DNA of 64,000 bases. Origin: a virus. Below are positions 15,772 to 25,625 of the stretch, piece after piece (positions within the stretch are counted from its first letter, which is position 1; each line of letters starts with the position of its first letter). The notes below the pieces were generated by a model. That model did not search any database. It had not been told where the DNA came from and saw nothing but the letters and a program-made list of their open reading frames with translations. The translations under genes and the position numbers were made by a program. Location: the IMG/VR virus record IMGVR_UViG_3300042691_008788, positions 32,001 through 96,000 of that record; one strand, written 5' to 3'.

Positions 15772-17400
15772 ATGTCCGACATCTACGATGACAACTTGAC
15801 CATCAATCCAGGCACGGGTGGAGCAATTGTAGCCACAGACTATTATGATGATGCACACTTTCAGGTTGTCAAGATTGCATTTGGAAACACTGGAGAAGCC
15901 ATGCGGGTAAACAGCAGCACTGGTCTGCCAGTAAACCTAGTGACTTCTGGTGCAAATGTCAATACATCCATAACATCCATTGGTGCTGGTCTGAAGGTTG
16001 GAATCAATGGAAATGTTGCAGTTTATGGAGTTGCTGGAGCAACGGCAGTTGGGGTGACTGCATCGGATCTTGATATCCGTTCCCTGACTGCGGGTGATCC
16101 AAGCACGGGACTTGCACCTGGCGCAGACTTTGTCCGCGTGGTTGGCCTTTCGGGTGCATGGCCTGTCGGTGTCACTGCAACAAATCTAGGCATCCGTGCA
16201 TTGACCGCTGGCGATCCAACCACAGCGGGTGCTGCGGGACAGGACACAGTTCGCATCGTCGGTTACTCAGGAGGATGGCCCATTGGTGTCACCGCTGTTG
16301 ACCTTGACATCCGCTCATTGACATATGGTTCTGACAGTGTGTCTGTATTGAATACTGTAAATATTGACTATACGGTGGATTCTCCATACTCTGTAAGTAT
16401 AGCAGATGGATTCCCCACCAGATTGCTAAGAGCCACCAAATCAGCAGACCCATCTGGTGATTTTCCAACTCTAAATGCAAATATTTCTATTAGTGGAAAT
16501 GTAGAAGACACAGTCCGCGTCGTTGGTCTATCTGGTGCATGGCCCGTCAATACATTCGCTCATGGCCTCACAAACATCAACAACTATGACACCAAGTTGC
16601 CGATGCTTGTTGATGCCAGCGGTGCCTTGGCTGTTTATCTTGCATCTGGTTCTATTTCTGTAACGGCTGATGTTGGAAGTCTAAGCATCGGTGATGTCAC
16701 CATGAGTGGCATCTCGCTTGCATATCCAACTGGTCTATCCAAGACAATCCCAATCGTAGGATATACAGGATCAGATGCTGTACCAGTTGCGGTAACTGGT
16801 TCGGTGAACATCATGGGCATGGGACTCACTCACCTGAACGACATCAGCGTCAATACAGCGCGTGTGCTTGGCGCAAGCGGTGATTATATTGGAATCACAG
16901 GTGATGTAAGAGACAAGATAAATGATATTGAGTTTACTACTGGTCCTTCTGGCCTAAAATACTTGCAAGTTTTTGATTTGAACTCAAGTGCAATAAACAC
17001 CAGCGCAACCACAGTCGCTGCCGATAGCACCGCCATCAAAAATATCTTTCAAGCGACTTCAGCATCTCCCAATAAACTTGCATCACAGGTAGATGGAGTG
17101 AATGCGGTAAATGTAGATGTCAAGAGGATAGCCCAACCCACAGGTGGAACATCTGGTAGGATTGCAGCACCATCTGGAGGAACACAGATGGGTAGTTTGA
17201 ACCTCGAAAGCGGAATTCATTTCAAGAGTGACTTGAGCAACTCGGGAGTTGTATTCGTAGGTTTCAATAATCAAGTTTCAACACAGATAGGATTCCCACT
17301 CTATGCAGGTGATCAGATATTCATAGAAACCAACAACCTCAATAATATGTATGTGTCATCAACTATAAATGGCGCAACAGTCTACTTCATAGGAACATAA
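15772..17400 (+). CDS. Putative virion structural/fibre protein with internal repeats
   Basis: Repeats VGVTAxDLDIRSLT and DTVRVVGLSGAWPV; Gly/Thr/Val-rich; late promoter. Confidence 0.7.
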   Translation: MSDIYDDNLTINPGTGGAIVATDYYDDAHFQVVKIAFGNTGEAMRVNSSTGLPVNLVTSGANVNTSITSIGAGLKVGINGNVAVYGVAGATAVGVTASDLDIRSLTAGDPSTGLAPGADFVRVVGLSGAWPVGVTATNLGIRALTAGDPTTAGAAGQDTVRIVGYSGGWPIGVTAVDLDIRSLTYGSDSVSVLNTVNIDYTVDSPYSVSIADGFPTRLLRATKSADPSGDFPTLNANISISGNVEDTVRVVGLSGAWPVNTFAHGLTNINNYDTKLPMLVDASGALAVYLASGSISVTADVGSLSIGDVTMSGISLAYPTGLSKTIPIVGYTGSDAVPVAVTGSVNIMGMGLTHLNDISVNTARVLGASGDYIGITGDVRDKINDIEFTTGPSGLKYLQVFDLNSSAINTSATTVAADSTAIKNIFQATSASPNKLASQVDGVNAVNVDVKRIAQPTGGTSGRIAAPSGGTQMGSLNLESGIHFKSDLSNSGVVFVGFNNQVSTQIGFPLYAGDQIFIETNNLNNMYVSSTINGATVYFIGT

Positions 17401-17401
17401 C

Positions 17402-17824
17402 ATGCGTAGTGACTTTATAAACAAGAGAGATTTTCAGAGAAAACGGAATGCTACATCCACTCAGAATTTTGTAGATGGTGAGATTATAATCATTCCCGAG
17501 TTTGACACCATGTTTCTTCACGAACCAAATGTGTTTGGGACACAAACCGTTGAGAGATGGAGCGACATTCAAAATATACCACCAACTCTTAGACCAAATC
17601 CAGATTTCAATACAATGCCAGAAATGGCAATAGGATTGTTGAATCCTTGGGATGATGGTCATCAAAGACCAGACAATGCTCCTGGACAGATTACAACACA
17701 AACCAGGCCAAGAACACCAACTAGGATAGCAATGGCATTCAACCTTGCCAGCCTACCTACAAATGTACAAATTATCGATGCAAATTTAAATCTCACGGTA
17801 ACACAAAAAAGAGATTGGGATTGA
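17402..17824 (+). CDS. Protein carrying the N-half of a DNRLRE/CBM96-like beta-sandwich
   Basis: RIAMAFNLASLPTNVQIIDANLNLTV motif near the C-terminus. Confidence 0.55.
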   Translation: MRSDFINKRDFQRKRNATSTQNFVDGEIIIIPEFDTMFLHEPNVFGTQTVERWSDIQNIPPTLRPNPDFNTMPEMAIGLLNPWDDGHQRPDNAPGQITTQTRPRTPTRIAMAFNLASLPTNVQIIDANLNLTVTQKRDWD

Positions 17825-17860
17825 AAAATTGAAAAATATTGAAATAAGTGAGGATCACTA

Positions 17861-20800
17861 ATGCCATTTGAACCAACAATTATTACTCCAAGCGGAGCAA
17901 CAAACGCCTTCACTACACTAGACCAACCATACCCAGTAGTGTTTGGAACTGCTGCTGGTAGTCCTGGTATTTGGAGGGGAGACGCAGAAACATCCATAGC
18001 CGATCAACTAACTGAACAGGGACTGATACCCGATGTGTCAATTGCCGCACAGATACAATCGGAACAGATAGGATCTGACAAGAACGCAGTCTGTAGGTGG
18101 ATTACCCCACCATTTCAAACAGTTGGTGGAAATGGGAATCCAGAGTACATTGATGTTGGTGTTATGGCATTTCATTACAGTGGAATACAAAAAGTTGAGT
18201 TTTTCCTGAATGGACCAAATAATAAGGCTGTTGTTACTGAGGTAACTTACAACCCAGAACAAGATGTCTCGGCATACTGGATACGCATAACTGCGGACAA
18301 TTTGGACGATTCTGGAGATTTGTGGCACACTGGACTTGATGCAGTTTCTGGAGGTGGAGCAAACCTCGGTAGAGCAAATGGCCCAACATACAAAAGACAT
18401 CATGAATTACAGGCGGTCGTTTATCCAAAAAATGGACCGCCAAGAATACTTCATGGAAAACCAAATAACTCATTTGACAATATCCTGTATAACGAGATAC
18501 CATCTCATACAAGATCTGATGGGATCCGCTACGGCTCAAAAGAAAACGGAATACGCTCATTCTACTTTTCTAGCAATCGAAACAACACTCTCTTCAACGG
18601 CTCAGTTTATGTCGATGCAGTAAATGGAGTCGATGATCTTTCAAGAAGCGGAACAGAACAGGAACCAATGTACAGCATAGAGTTCGCATTTAGAAAACTT
18701 ATGCGAATGAAATTCAAGCATTACAATCCAAGCAGTAATCTTGATCTGCAATTGATAACTGAAGGAGATGTTGGTGGTGGAAAAATATACCTCATGGATC
18801 TTGGAGATGGGCCAGCCAGTTTTGCTGGTCATAAAATGGGATATAAGAACCTGGCGGATCAGACAGCACCATCCACCGTAACCATTAAAAATGGAAAATA
18901 TGATACTGGATTTCCATTTAAGTGTTTTGCCCACAGGTGGGTGACGATATCACCAGCACCAGGAGTAACTGATAAAAAGAGAGCGAAGATAAAGGGATTC
19001 CACCCTCAGCAAAATATAGCCTTTTACAAGCAAGCAGCAAACTTCGGAATAGTATGCACACTCGTCAAATACGAAAATTTGTATATGGAATCAGACTATC
19101 CATATACTGAATATCTTTTCGGCATTGGTCCAGTACTTGATCAGAATGAAACAACATCACAACTTCAATATACAGACAAGTGGAGAGTAAAAAGAGGAGT
19201 TGCTTCCGATCCACCAAATCCAACAACTGAAGATCCATCGGATCAACTATGCTGTATGTGGGGATTCAGGCATACTTCATTAGCCACATTTGCTCCAGTT
19301 AACGCTGTTTCCAATATTTCTATTAGAGAAAATGTAAAGTTCATAATGCCTCCTCGGGCATGGTTCCATGAAGTAGATGTGGATGCAGACACAAGAACAC
19401 CAGAAAGGATTTATAAGTGGGCTGATGCATATGGTTTGACATACACCACCACGATGATAACTCCATTCAACCATAATACATTGACAGCAGCAGATCTAAA
19501 GGCTAATACCAAGGGATTCACCTGGCAAAATGCACACATTGGAATACAGCACAAGGACGGCACACTTGCTTTTGGCGGAACATATGGAAATGGATCTTCT
19601 CCAGGTAATCCTCTACAACTCGACAAGGTTCCATCCATATTCGTGAAGACTCTGACTCCAATGGCTGGATTCTGTGCAGATGCTGGATATACCTTCAACT
19701 TCTCATGGGTAAATCCAGTAGGATCACATACAAATGCACAGTTCGATACGGCAGCAACATCTTATATCTTCATGACCAACAGTGTCATTAGAAAGAGTCA
19801 AGAACCAGGTCAATGTCGTTTCGACATGTGCATCAACTCCACCATAGATCAGACTCAAGGAGATATTTTCCTCGGAAACGGTGTTCTATATCAGCCATTC
19901 ATTATAAATGGATATGCAATGTCAAACACCGTAAATGCTGGTAGTGCGGTGTTTGGTAGACCGCACTCAGACATTCTCCAATCCAATGGAGGAGAATTCT
20001 CGTTCTTGGCAAGAGAAGTTGGCATGAACAATGTAATCATGTACAGACTCAACAACCCAAGCCCAAGGAGTCCAAGATACGACAATCCAGAAAAAAGACA
20101 TTTTGTTCCTGGAACTGGAAAGGTCACGAATCCAAATAGACAAGGACAAGCATTGTTCTCTGGTCAGGTCAAAGAAGGAAAAGTCTTCTATGAAGGAGTT
20201 ACATACACCTATACAGGAACCCCATATAACAAAGATATTGTCCTTTGCGATAGTCTAATAAAGACAAGAGACGCCTCTCAACAATGGATATTGTCTTGTA
20301 GGCATGAAAATATTCTTGCATACAACACACAGATGATGTCAAGCAATCCCGACACTCCAATTCCAAACAACACTATGATTGGAATGGCTGGTGGACCAAA
20401 TGGAGCGGTCAGGAGATATCAGGATGCTGTACCATCATATCCATTCCTACATAGACCAAATAGCAATACAGCAGGATTTAAGATACACTCAAGTTTTGAT
20501 CTATTCTTACTCGACAATGTACAGACATATAAGGTAGATCCAAATTTTGAGGATGAACAAAATCAAACATTCAATCAACCAAGAGAAAAATTGCAGTTGT
20601 GGGTCAGTGCAAATCAAACCGCGAATAGTAGTGGAATTGCAAATACAACTAAAGTCGGAATAGATTTAAGACAGACAATAGACAATAAGCCACTACCACC
20701 AATTGATGAAGATGTTGTTATTTCAAATCTTGAATATCCATTTGAATTGAACGGAAAAGTTGGCAATGATCAAGCAAAGATATTCTTCCCCGTAGTCGAT

Positions 20801-22693
20801 TTAGACAAGGATGCCTATCTACTAGAACCAATAATAGATGGTTCACGACCACAACCAACAGCCACGATCAGAGGAACCTGGTGGACAAATACACTACCAA
20901 GCACTGTAAATGGTGCGCCGTATGGTTGGTGGCCGTCTGCCGTGACATATGAAAACTTCAGAAATGGTGACAATGGTGATGGTGCTGCTGGCGATATTAG
21001 GGTGTATTGGAATACTGAAAAACTTGGTACAGGTGGAGATCCAACACTTGGCACAGGAAAATCAAATCCACAGCCAACCGATCCTGGCTACAATCCTAAT
21101 CAAAGAGGATTTAGAAACACAATATTGTATAGGTACACAAATTTTGATTATGATGGAACTAGAGATGATAATGGTGTGGTAAGACAAAGAAGCGAGTTTG
21201 AAGGTGATAGCACACAAGTGGACACTCAACAAGGAAATCCACCAACACCATTGCAAAATCATCCAATAACCATCAGACTTACTACCACGGACATAAAGCA
21301 AAATATGTCTTGGACAATGAAAGACAACATAGATCCTAGTGCTGGAACAACACACGGACCAGATGGAATATATCCTTCAGCGGACATAATACAGATACCA
21401 AATTATCTTGATAGAATAGAGGAAATAACCGATCCAAATAATAGTCCAGAGATAGGACCAAGTGTAAATTCAGAGATAATTGGCAACACATTCGCTTACA
21501 TAAATCAGGGTGGTGTATATGTCAGTGGTGGTGTAGTAGACAATATACAACTCAATACAAATTTTGGTGATACCAATAAAATTGTTATAACAAATCTTGC
21601 AACTACATTCCTAAACAAAGCAAGAAAAAATAACGGCATGACCATGTGTTTAATTATACATGGAAAAAGCAACCCAAGTTCTGAGTTCGGTGAATTTAAA
21701 TACCTGGCTGCCCCACCAGAGGAAATAGATCCAGATACTGGATTGCCAAGACAAGGTGACTTTGATTTTGATGAGGTATTCTATGAAAACTTCTACAAGA
21801 AGTTTGCTTATATTGCGTTCAATAGTAAGGAATCACCTGTAACCCAATCTATAACAAGCAATCAGTTCTCATTTAGAAAATCCGCACACCACACATACAT
21901 CAATTTCAGTAGACCAGAAATGGATGGGTTGTCTCTGTCTAGTGCATTGAACGGAACATCAATCATCGACATGGTAACTCCTTTTGTTAGCACTCCAAAG
22001 TTGGCTAAATTACAAACAGCAACAATAGGTTGCACATGTAACTTCAACTCATATGGAACAGAAAATACTTCAGCGAGCAGAGTTGCTGGTACAAGCCCGA
22101 CTACAATAACTTGCAAAAGTATTAGCCTTGAGTATCTTGGTTTTGATGGAAATCAAATTAGATTTAAGAATAAAGCAGCATCTTCAATGTTCTCAAGCAG
22201 AACTCCAGCATATCAACACAGTGGAGCAATAGGATCTGCCAATCAAACATTTCAATTCAATAGTTCTATAAATGACTATAGATTTGATATACCATTGAAT
22301 GAACCAGATGTACCACCAACACCAGAACAATCGATAAACATCAGATTCTTAAATCCAGTTGGTTCTGGTTCCAAGAATCTATTGGGATATAAAGTTCCCG
22401 CTGCTGGTGTACGCTTGTTTGGCGGAACAAATAATATTGGTATCACCGCTGGCTCTTACATCAGGGTCAGCAACTCACCATCAAATAATGGAATCTATCA
22501 AGTATTGTCTGTAATAGATGGTATTGATGGCGATACACTTTCAAACACGGCTACAAATGGATCTACTGAATATCAGTATCTTGAACTAAGTAGAAGCATA
22601 ACTGCACAAGAACAGGCTGTTGGAAATAGCATAGTGATTGAGAATGTATCACATCTACCGATACTTCATGTGAAATATCGACAACCACTATAA
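17861..22693 (+). CDS. 1610-aa virion-associated protein: Ig-like + pectate-lyase/beta-helix-like region + DNRLRE-like C-half
   Basis: VGVMAFHYSGIQKVEFFLNG; VYVDAVNGVDD..GTEQEP..SIE; HSDILQ; later IAFNSKE. Confidence 0.6.
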   Translation: MPFEPTIITPSGATNAFTTLDQPYPVVFGTAAGSPGIWRGDAETSIADQLTEQGLIPDVSIAAQIQSEQIGSDKNAVCRWITPPFQTVGGNGNPEYIDVGVMAFHYSGIQKVEFFLNGPNNKAVVTEVTYNPEQDVSAYWIRITADNLDDSGDLWHTGLDAVSGGGANLGRANGPTYKRHHELQAVVYPKNGPPRILHGKPNNSFDNILYNEIPSHTRSDGIRYGSKENGIRSFYFSSNRNNTLFNGSVYVDAVNGVDDLSRSGTEQEPMYSIEFAFRKLMRMKFKHYNPSSNLDLQLITEGDVGGGKIYLMDLGDGPASFAGHKMGYKNLADQTAPSTVTIKNGKYDTGFPFKCFAHRWVTISPAPGVTDKKRAKIKGFHPQQNIAFYKQAANFGIVCTLVKYENLYMESDYPYTEYLFGIGPVLDQNETTSQLQYTDKWRVKRGVASDPPNPTTEDPSDQLCCMWGFRHTSLATFAPVNAVSNISIRENVKFIMPPRAWFHEVDVDADTRTPERIYKWADAYGLTYTTTMITPFNHNTLTAADLKANTKGFTWQNAHIGIQHKDGTLAFGGTYGNGSSPGNPLQLDKVPSIFVKTLTPMAGFCADAGYTFNFSWVNPVGSHTNAQFDTAATSYIFMTNSVIRKSQEPGQCRFDMCINSTIDQTQGDIFLGNGVLYQPFIINGYAMSNTVNAGSAVFGRPHSDILQSNGGEFSFLAREVGMNNVIMYRLNNPSPRSPRYDNPEKRHFVPGTGKVTNPNRQGQALFSGQVKEGKVFYEGVTYTYTGTPYNKDIVLCDSLIKTRDASQQWILSCRHENILAYNTQMMSSNPDTPIPNNTMIGMAGGPNGAVRRYQDAVPSYPFLHRPNSNTAGFKIHSSFDLFLLDNVQTYKVDPNFEDEQNQTFNQPREKLQLWVSANQTANSSGIANTTKVGIDLRQTIDNKPLPPIDEDVVISNLEYPFELNGKVGNDQAKIFFPVVDLDKDAYLLEPIIDGSRPQPTATIRGTWWTNTLPSTVNGAPYGWWPSAVTYENFRNGDNGDGAAGDIRVYWNTEKLGTGGDPTLGTGKSNPQPTDPGYNPNQRGFRNTILYRYTNFDYDGTRDDNGVVRQRSEFEGDSTQVDTQQGNPPTPLQNHPITIRLTTTDIKQNMSWTMKDNIDPSAGTTHGPDGIYPSADIIQIPNYLDRIEEITDPNNSPEIGPSVNSEIIGNTFAYINQGGVYVSGGVVDNIQLNTNFGDTNKIVITNLATTFLNKARKNNGMTMCLIIHGKSNPSSEFGEFKYLAAPPEEIDPDTGLPRQGDFDFDEVFYENFYKKFAYIAFNSKESPVTQSITSNQFSFRKSAHHTYINFSRPEMDGLSLSSALNGTSIIDMVTPFVSTPKLAKLQTATIGCTCNFNSYGTENTSASRVAGTSPTTITCKSISLEYLGFDGNQIRFKNKAASSMFSSRTPAYQHSGAIGSANQTFQFNSSINDYRFDIPLNEPDVPPTPEQSINIRFLNPVGSGSKNLLGYKVPAAGVRLFGGTNNIGITAGSYIRVSNSPSNNGIYQVLSVIDGIDGDTLSNTATNGSTEYQYLELSRSITAQEQAVGNSIVIENVSHLPILHVKYRQPL

Positions 22694-22695
22694 AA

Positions 22696-22730
22696 GCAAA
22701 ACCCCCCGTGTGAAGAGCGGGGGGTTTGCA
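22696..22730. terminator. Bidirectional terminator hairpin between convergent units
   Basis: GCAAAACCCCCCG...CGGGGGGTTTGC flanked by A/T runs. Confidence 0.8.
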
Positions 22731-22770
22731 CATGTGGGTGTCAAATCATAACCCACTCGCATCTATCTAT

Positions 22771-22802
22771 GAAAAGAAACAACCCCCATTTCTGGGGGTT
22801 GT
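22771..22802 (-). terminator. Terminator of the PEP-CTERM gene
   Basis: ACAACCCCCA-gaaa-TGGGGGTTGT-TTCTTTTC on the minus strand. Confidence 0.85.
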
Positions 22803-22840
22803 CGGCCAAGAGATGCTATCTCAAGGGGGGTTGTTACTAT

Positions 22841-23506
22841 TTAGCGGCGACGACGGCCAACAAGACCCGCCATGCCAAGAAGAGCGATTGCTCCTGGTGA
22901 TGGAGCAGAAAGAACAAATGCCCCACCCGCTGTGCTTCCAATCGACGGTGGAAGCGGATGCCAAGAACCCCATCCACCAGGTCCGAATGGACTGGTCTGC
23001 CAGAATCCCGCTGTGTTCTCTCCCTGCGACCATACGAACTGATCCCCAGCAGCATCATTGAGAAGAACACCGATGTTCATGAAATATGAACCCGCTGCAA
23101 TCTCAAATGCAAGAGGAACATAGAACTCATATACAGGTTGACCAAAGAAGTTTTCATCTCCAGTCGGTGTTGCGGTGATATTTGTCATGCTGATCTTGGT
23201 TGAGAAAACCTGATCGCTGAAATCATCATTCCAAACAACGACCTGAAATGCATAGAAGTTTGTGATTCCCTGATCATTGAAACCATTGGACGAACCCCAC
23301 CAACGAAGCGAGGATGTCGTATAGGAATCCTCAAGGGAGAATGCCTGTGCGCCACTTTGTGCATAGGTATATGTTCCCTTTGAATTGAATGCGTCAGAAT
23401 AGAATCCAACCGTGTCTGCCACTGGATTGTTCACAACTACAAATTCTGCCTTTGCTACCGAGCCACACATCACGGCTGCTACCAAACCAACAATAAAATT
23501 CTTCAT
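22841..23506 (-). CDS. Secreted PEP-CTERM-type (exosortase-targeted) surface protein
   Basis: Sec signal MKNFIVGLVAAVMCGSVAKA|E; C-terminal APSPG-AIALLGMAGLVG-RRRR. Confidence 0.85.
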   Translation of the reverse strand: MKNFIVGLVAAVMCGSVAKAEFVVVNNPVADTVGFYSDAFNSKGTYTYAQSGAQAFSLEDSYTTSSLRWWGSSNGFNDQGITNFYAFQVVVWNDDFSDQVFSTKISMTNITATPTGDENFFGQPVYEFYVPLAFEIAAGSYFMNIGVLLNDAAGDQFVWSQGENTAGFWQTSPFGPGGWGSWHPLPPSIGSTAGGAFVLSAPSPGAIALLGMAGLVGRRRR

Positions 23507-23554
23507 TCTATCTCCTTTGTTTTACTGCCACCACCATGGTGGTCAGTTGTTGTC

Positions 23555-23582
23555 ATTATATTCGTTTTTTATTGACTGTCAA
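23555..23582 (-). promoter_or_regulatory. Consensus sigma70 promoter of the PEP-CTERM gene
   Basis: TTGACA-N16-TATAAT; the -35 box overlaps the nrdJ TGA stop; AAAGGAGA RBS. Confidence 0.85.
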
Positions 23583-25507
23583 GCAGTAAGATCAACGATT
23601 TCGCACTTATCACCAGAGCAAGCAAATGTCTGTGAACTTGCTGTTGCATCCACCTTCTCATATTGCTTCAACATCGACCAATCGACTCCTACAGGCATCT
23701 TTTCAAGAAGTGCATCGTATTGTGCCTTCGTGCATTCTTGATATGGAGCCTGTCGGTACGAGTGGTCCGAGTGGGGCAGGAACGAGATGCCGCTGATCTC
23801 ATCGAAGTGCTTGTAAACAAATGCACCTACATCCATCCACTCATGATCGCGAACAGTGATGGTGATAGATGGCTTGTGTTCACACCAGTGACGCTGATAT
23901 GCCAACCACAACTCAAGGTGTTCTATTGCCGTGAGGTCATTGCGGGTGACAGAACCCTCTGCCTTCTGCGGGAACGAGAAGACCATGGTGTGGTCGGGCT
24001 TCATGACGCACGGCTCATGGGGGAAGCCAAGATCCACCATCATCTGACAGAGTGGATCTTTGCGATCTGCACGAACGGTGCGGATGTAGTATTCGCTATG
24101 TCGTGGATGGATACCCGACGCAGAATCGGTTAATTGGCTGACAGTTCCAGAAGGTTTGACACATGTGATTGCAGCAGCGGGATTGATTCCAATCTTCTTA
24201 GACCACTCAAGATTTGTCTCAATGGCGTGTTCTTTGAGAGCGATCAGAATATTTGCACTATTTTTCGTATCACTCATCATCTTATTGTCAAGAATACCAG
24301 TCAGCGAAAGGCCAAGCAATGCCTCTTCTTCACAGTTCTTGTTCCATGATGATGAAAGATAAGGGAAGTGTGTTAGAGATGCTTGCCATGTGCCTAGAAT
24401 AGATGCTAGACGAACCTTGCGCTTCAGGGATTCTGCCGTGTCATCTGCTCTTACAACGACCTCGGTGAGATTACAGAACTCACAGTCGCGAAGAATGATC
24501 TCTGAACATGGATTCGTTCCAAAGTCATAGTTTGGATCGCGACGATCACCCAACTTTGCCACAGTCTTCTTTGCTGCATCGCGGTTGAATATTCCACGCT
24601 CACCGCTCTTGGACTTGTAAAGTGAAACCCACTCGTCCATGAACACACCGATCTCGGGCTTTTCCTTGTATGCAACAGAGTTGTTCGCTAGTGCGCGTTG
24701 TGCATTGTCATTCCACCATGCACCCGTCTTGGCATCGCGCATTCTTTCGTCTGTCAGGTTTGAAAGCGAAATGAGAGCAGAGCGTCGTACTCCTCCGACG
24801 ACGACAATCTCCGCAACCTTACAGACGATATCATGGCATTCGATGGATGTAAGTTTTCGTCCTGCGGCTCGTCTAAAGGTGTCAACGGTGAATCTAAAGA
24901 GATCCTCCAATGGCTTTGGTCCACTCGCGCGACCTCCAAATGTCTTAAGTCTTGCTCCCGCAGGACGAATCTTTGATAGATCCCATTGGGGTACTTGACC
25001 TCCAATAAGAAGAGAGATGAGTTCGCGGAACGCCTTAGCCCAACCAGCCTTTGAATCCTGCACAACAATCGTCGTATCGGAATCAGTGAACACTTCAGCG
25101 ATTGTAGGAAGTTTCTCGACATATTGCCTTTCCACGGAGAAGCCTACACCTGTACCGCACATCAATATGTAGAGGATCTCATCAAATGCGCGGACACGAT
25201 TGACTGCAACATAGGAGCAGTTATAACCAGCCGTATTGTCGCGCTTGAGGGCTTCTCCTGCGGTCATGAGCGAACGCATGGAAGGCATGATCTCAAGGTT
25301 CAGAATGGCTGTCTTCAGTTCCTGTCGAAGTGCGGGATCGACATTGTAGTTCTTGTTGTTGGCAAGATGATCGTCAAAGAACCTGAAGTAACGCTCAACA
25401 GTCTCTTCCCAAGTCTCCCGTCTACCCTCCTTCTCAAGCCATCTGGCGTATCTGGAAATGAAGATGAAGTGCTGATAAGGTGTTGGAAGACTCTGAAATG
25501 AACTCAT
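23579..25507 (-). CDS. nrdJ: Class II (B12-dependent) ribonucleotide reductase
   Basis: SRYARW..RRETWEETV, GYNCSY, GGVRRSALISL, GTNPCSEI, CVKPSGTVS, C-terminal ACSGDKCE. Confidence 0.93.
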   Translation of the reverse strand: MSSFQSLPTPYQHFIFISRYARWLEKEGRRETWEETVERYFRFFDDHLANNKNYNVDPALRQELKTAILNLEIMPSMRSLMTAGEALKRDNTAGYNCSYVAVNRVRAFDEILYILMCGTGVGFSVERQYVEKLPTIAEVFTDSDTTIVVQDSKAGWAKAFRELISLLIGGQVPQWDLSKIRPAGARLKTFGGRASGPKPLEDLFRFTVDTFRRAAGRKLTSIECHDIVCKVAEIVVVGGVRRSALISLSNLTDERMRDAKTGAWWNDNAQRALANNSVAYKEKPEIGVFMDEWVSLYKSKSGERGIFNRDAAKKTVAKLGDRRDPNYDFGTNPCSEIILRDCEFCNLTEVVVRADDTAESLKRKVRLASILGTWQASLTHFPYLSSSWNKNCEEEALLGLSLTGILDNKMMSDTKNSANILIALKEHAIETNLEWSKKIGINPAAAITCVKPSGTVSQLTDSASGIHPRHSEYYIRTVRADRKDPLCQMMVDLGFPHEPCVMKPDHTMVFSFPQKAEGSVTRNDLTAIEHLELWLAYQRHWCEHKPSITITVRDHEWMDVGAFVYKHFDEISGISFLPHSDHSYRQAPYQECTKAQYDALLEKMPVGVDWSMLKQYEKVDATASSQTFACSGDKCEIVDLTA

Positions 25508-25625
25508 GTGAAACTGTACTCCTGTTTTTGTTGTTGAGTCGAATATGTAGACTGTAGTATAGCACAAAATTTGGCTTTGGAAGACCAAAGTATTTGGATT
25601 AACATTTGATTTTTATTGAGTTGTG

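Noticed and set aside
17822-17860. Three in-frame TGA codons between same-frame ORFs 17402 and 17861, suggesting TGA recoding
   Set aside because: TGA terminates many conserved genes at their expected ends (32, 33, 41, 43, nrdJ), and ORF 17861 has its own GAGGA RBS
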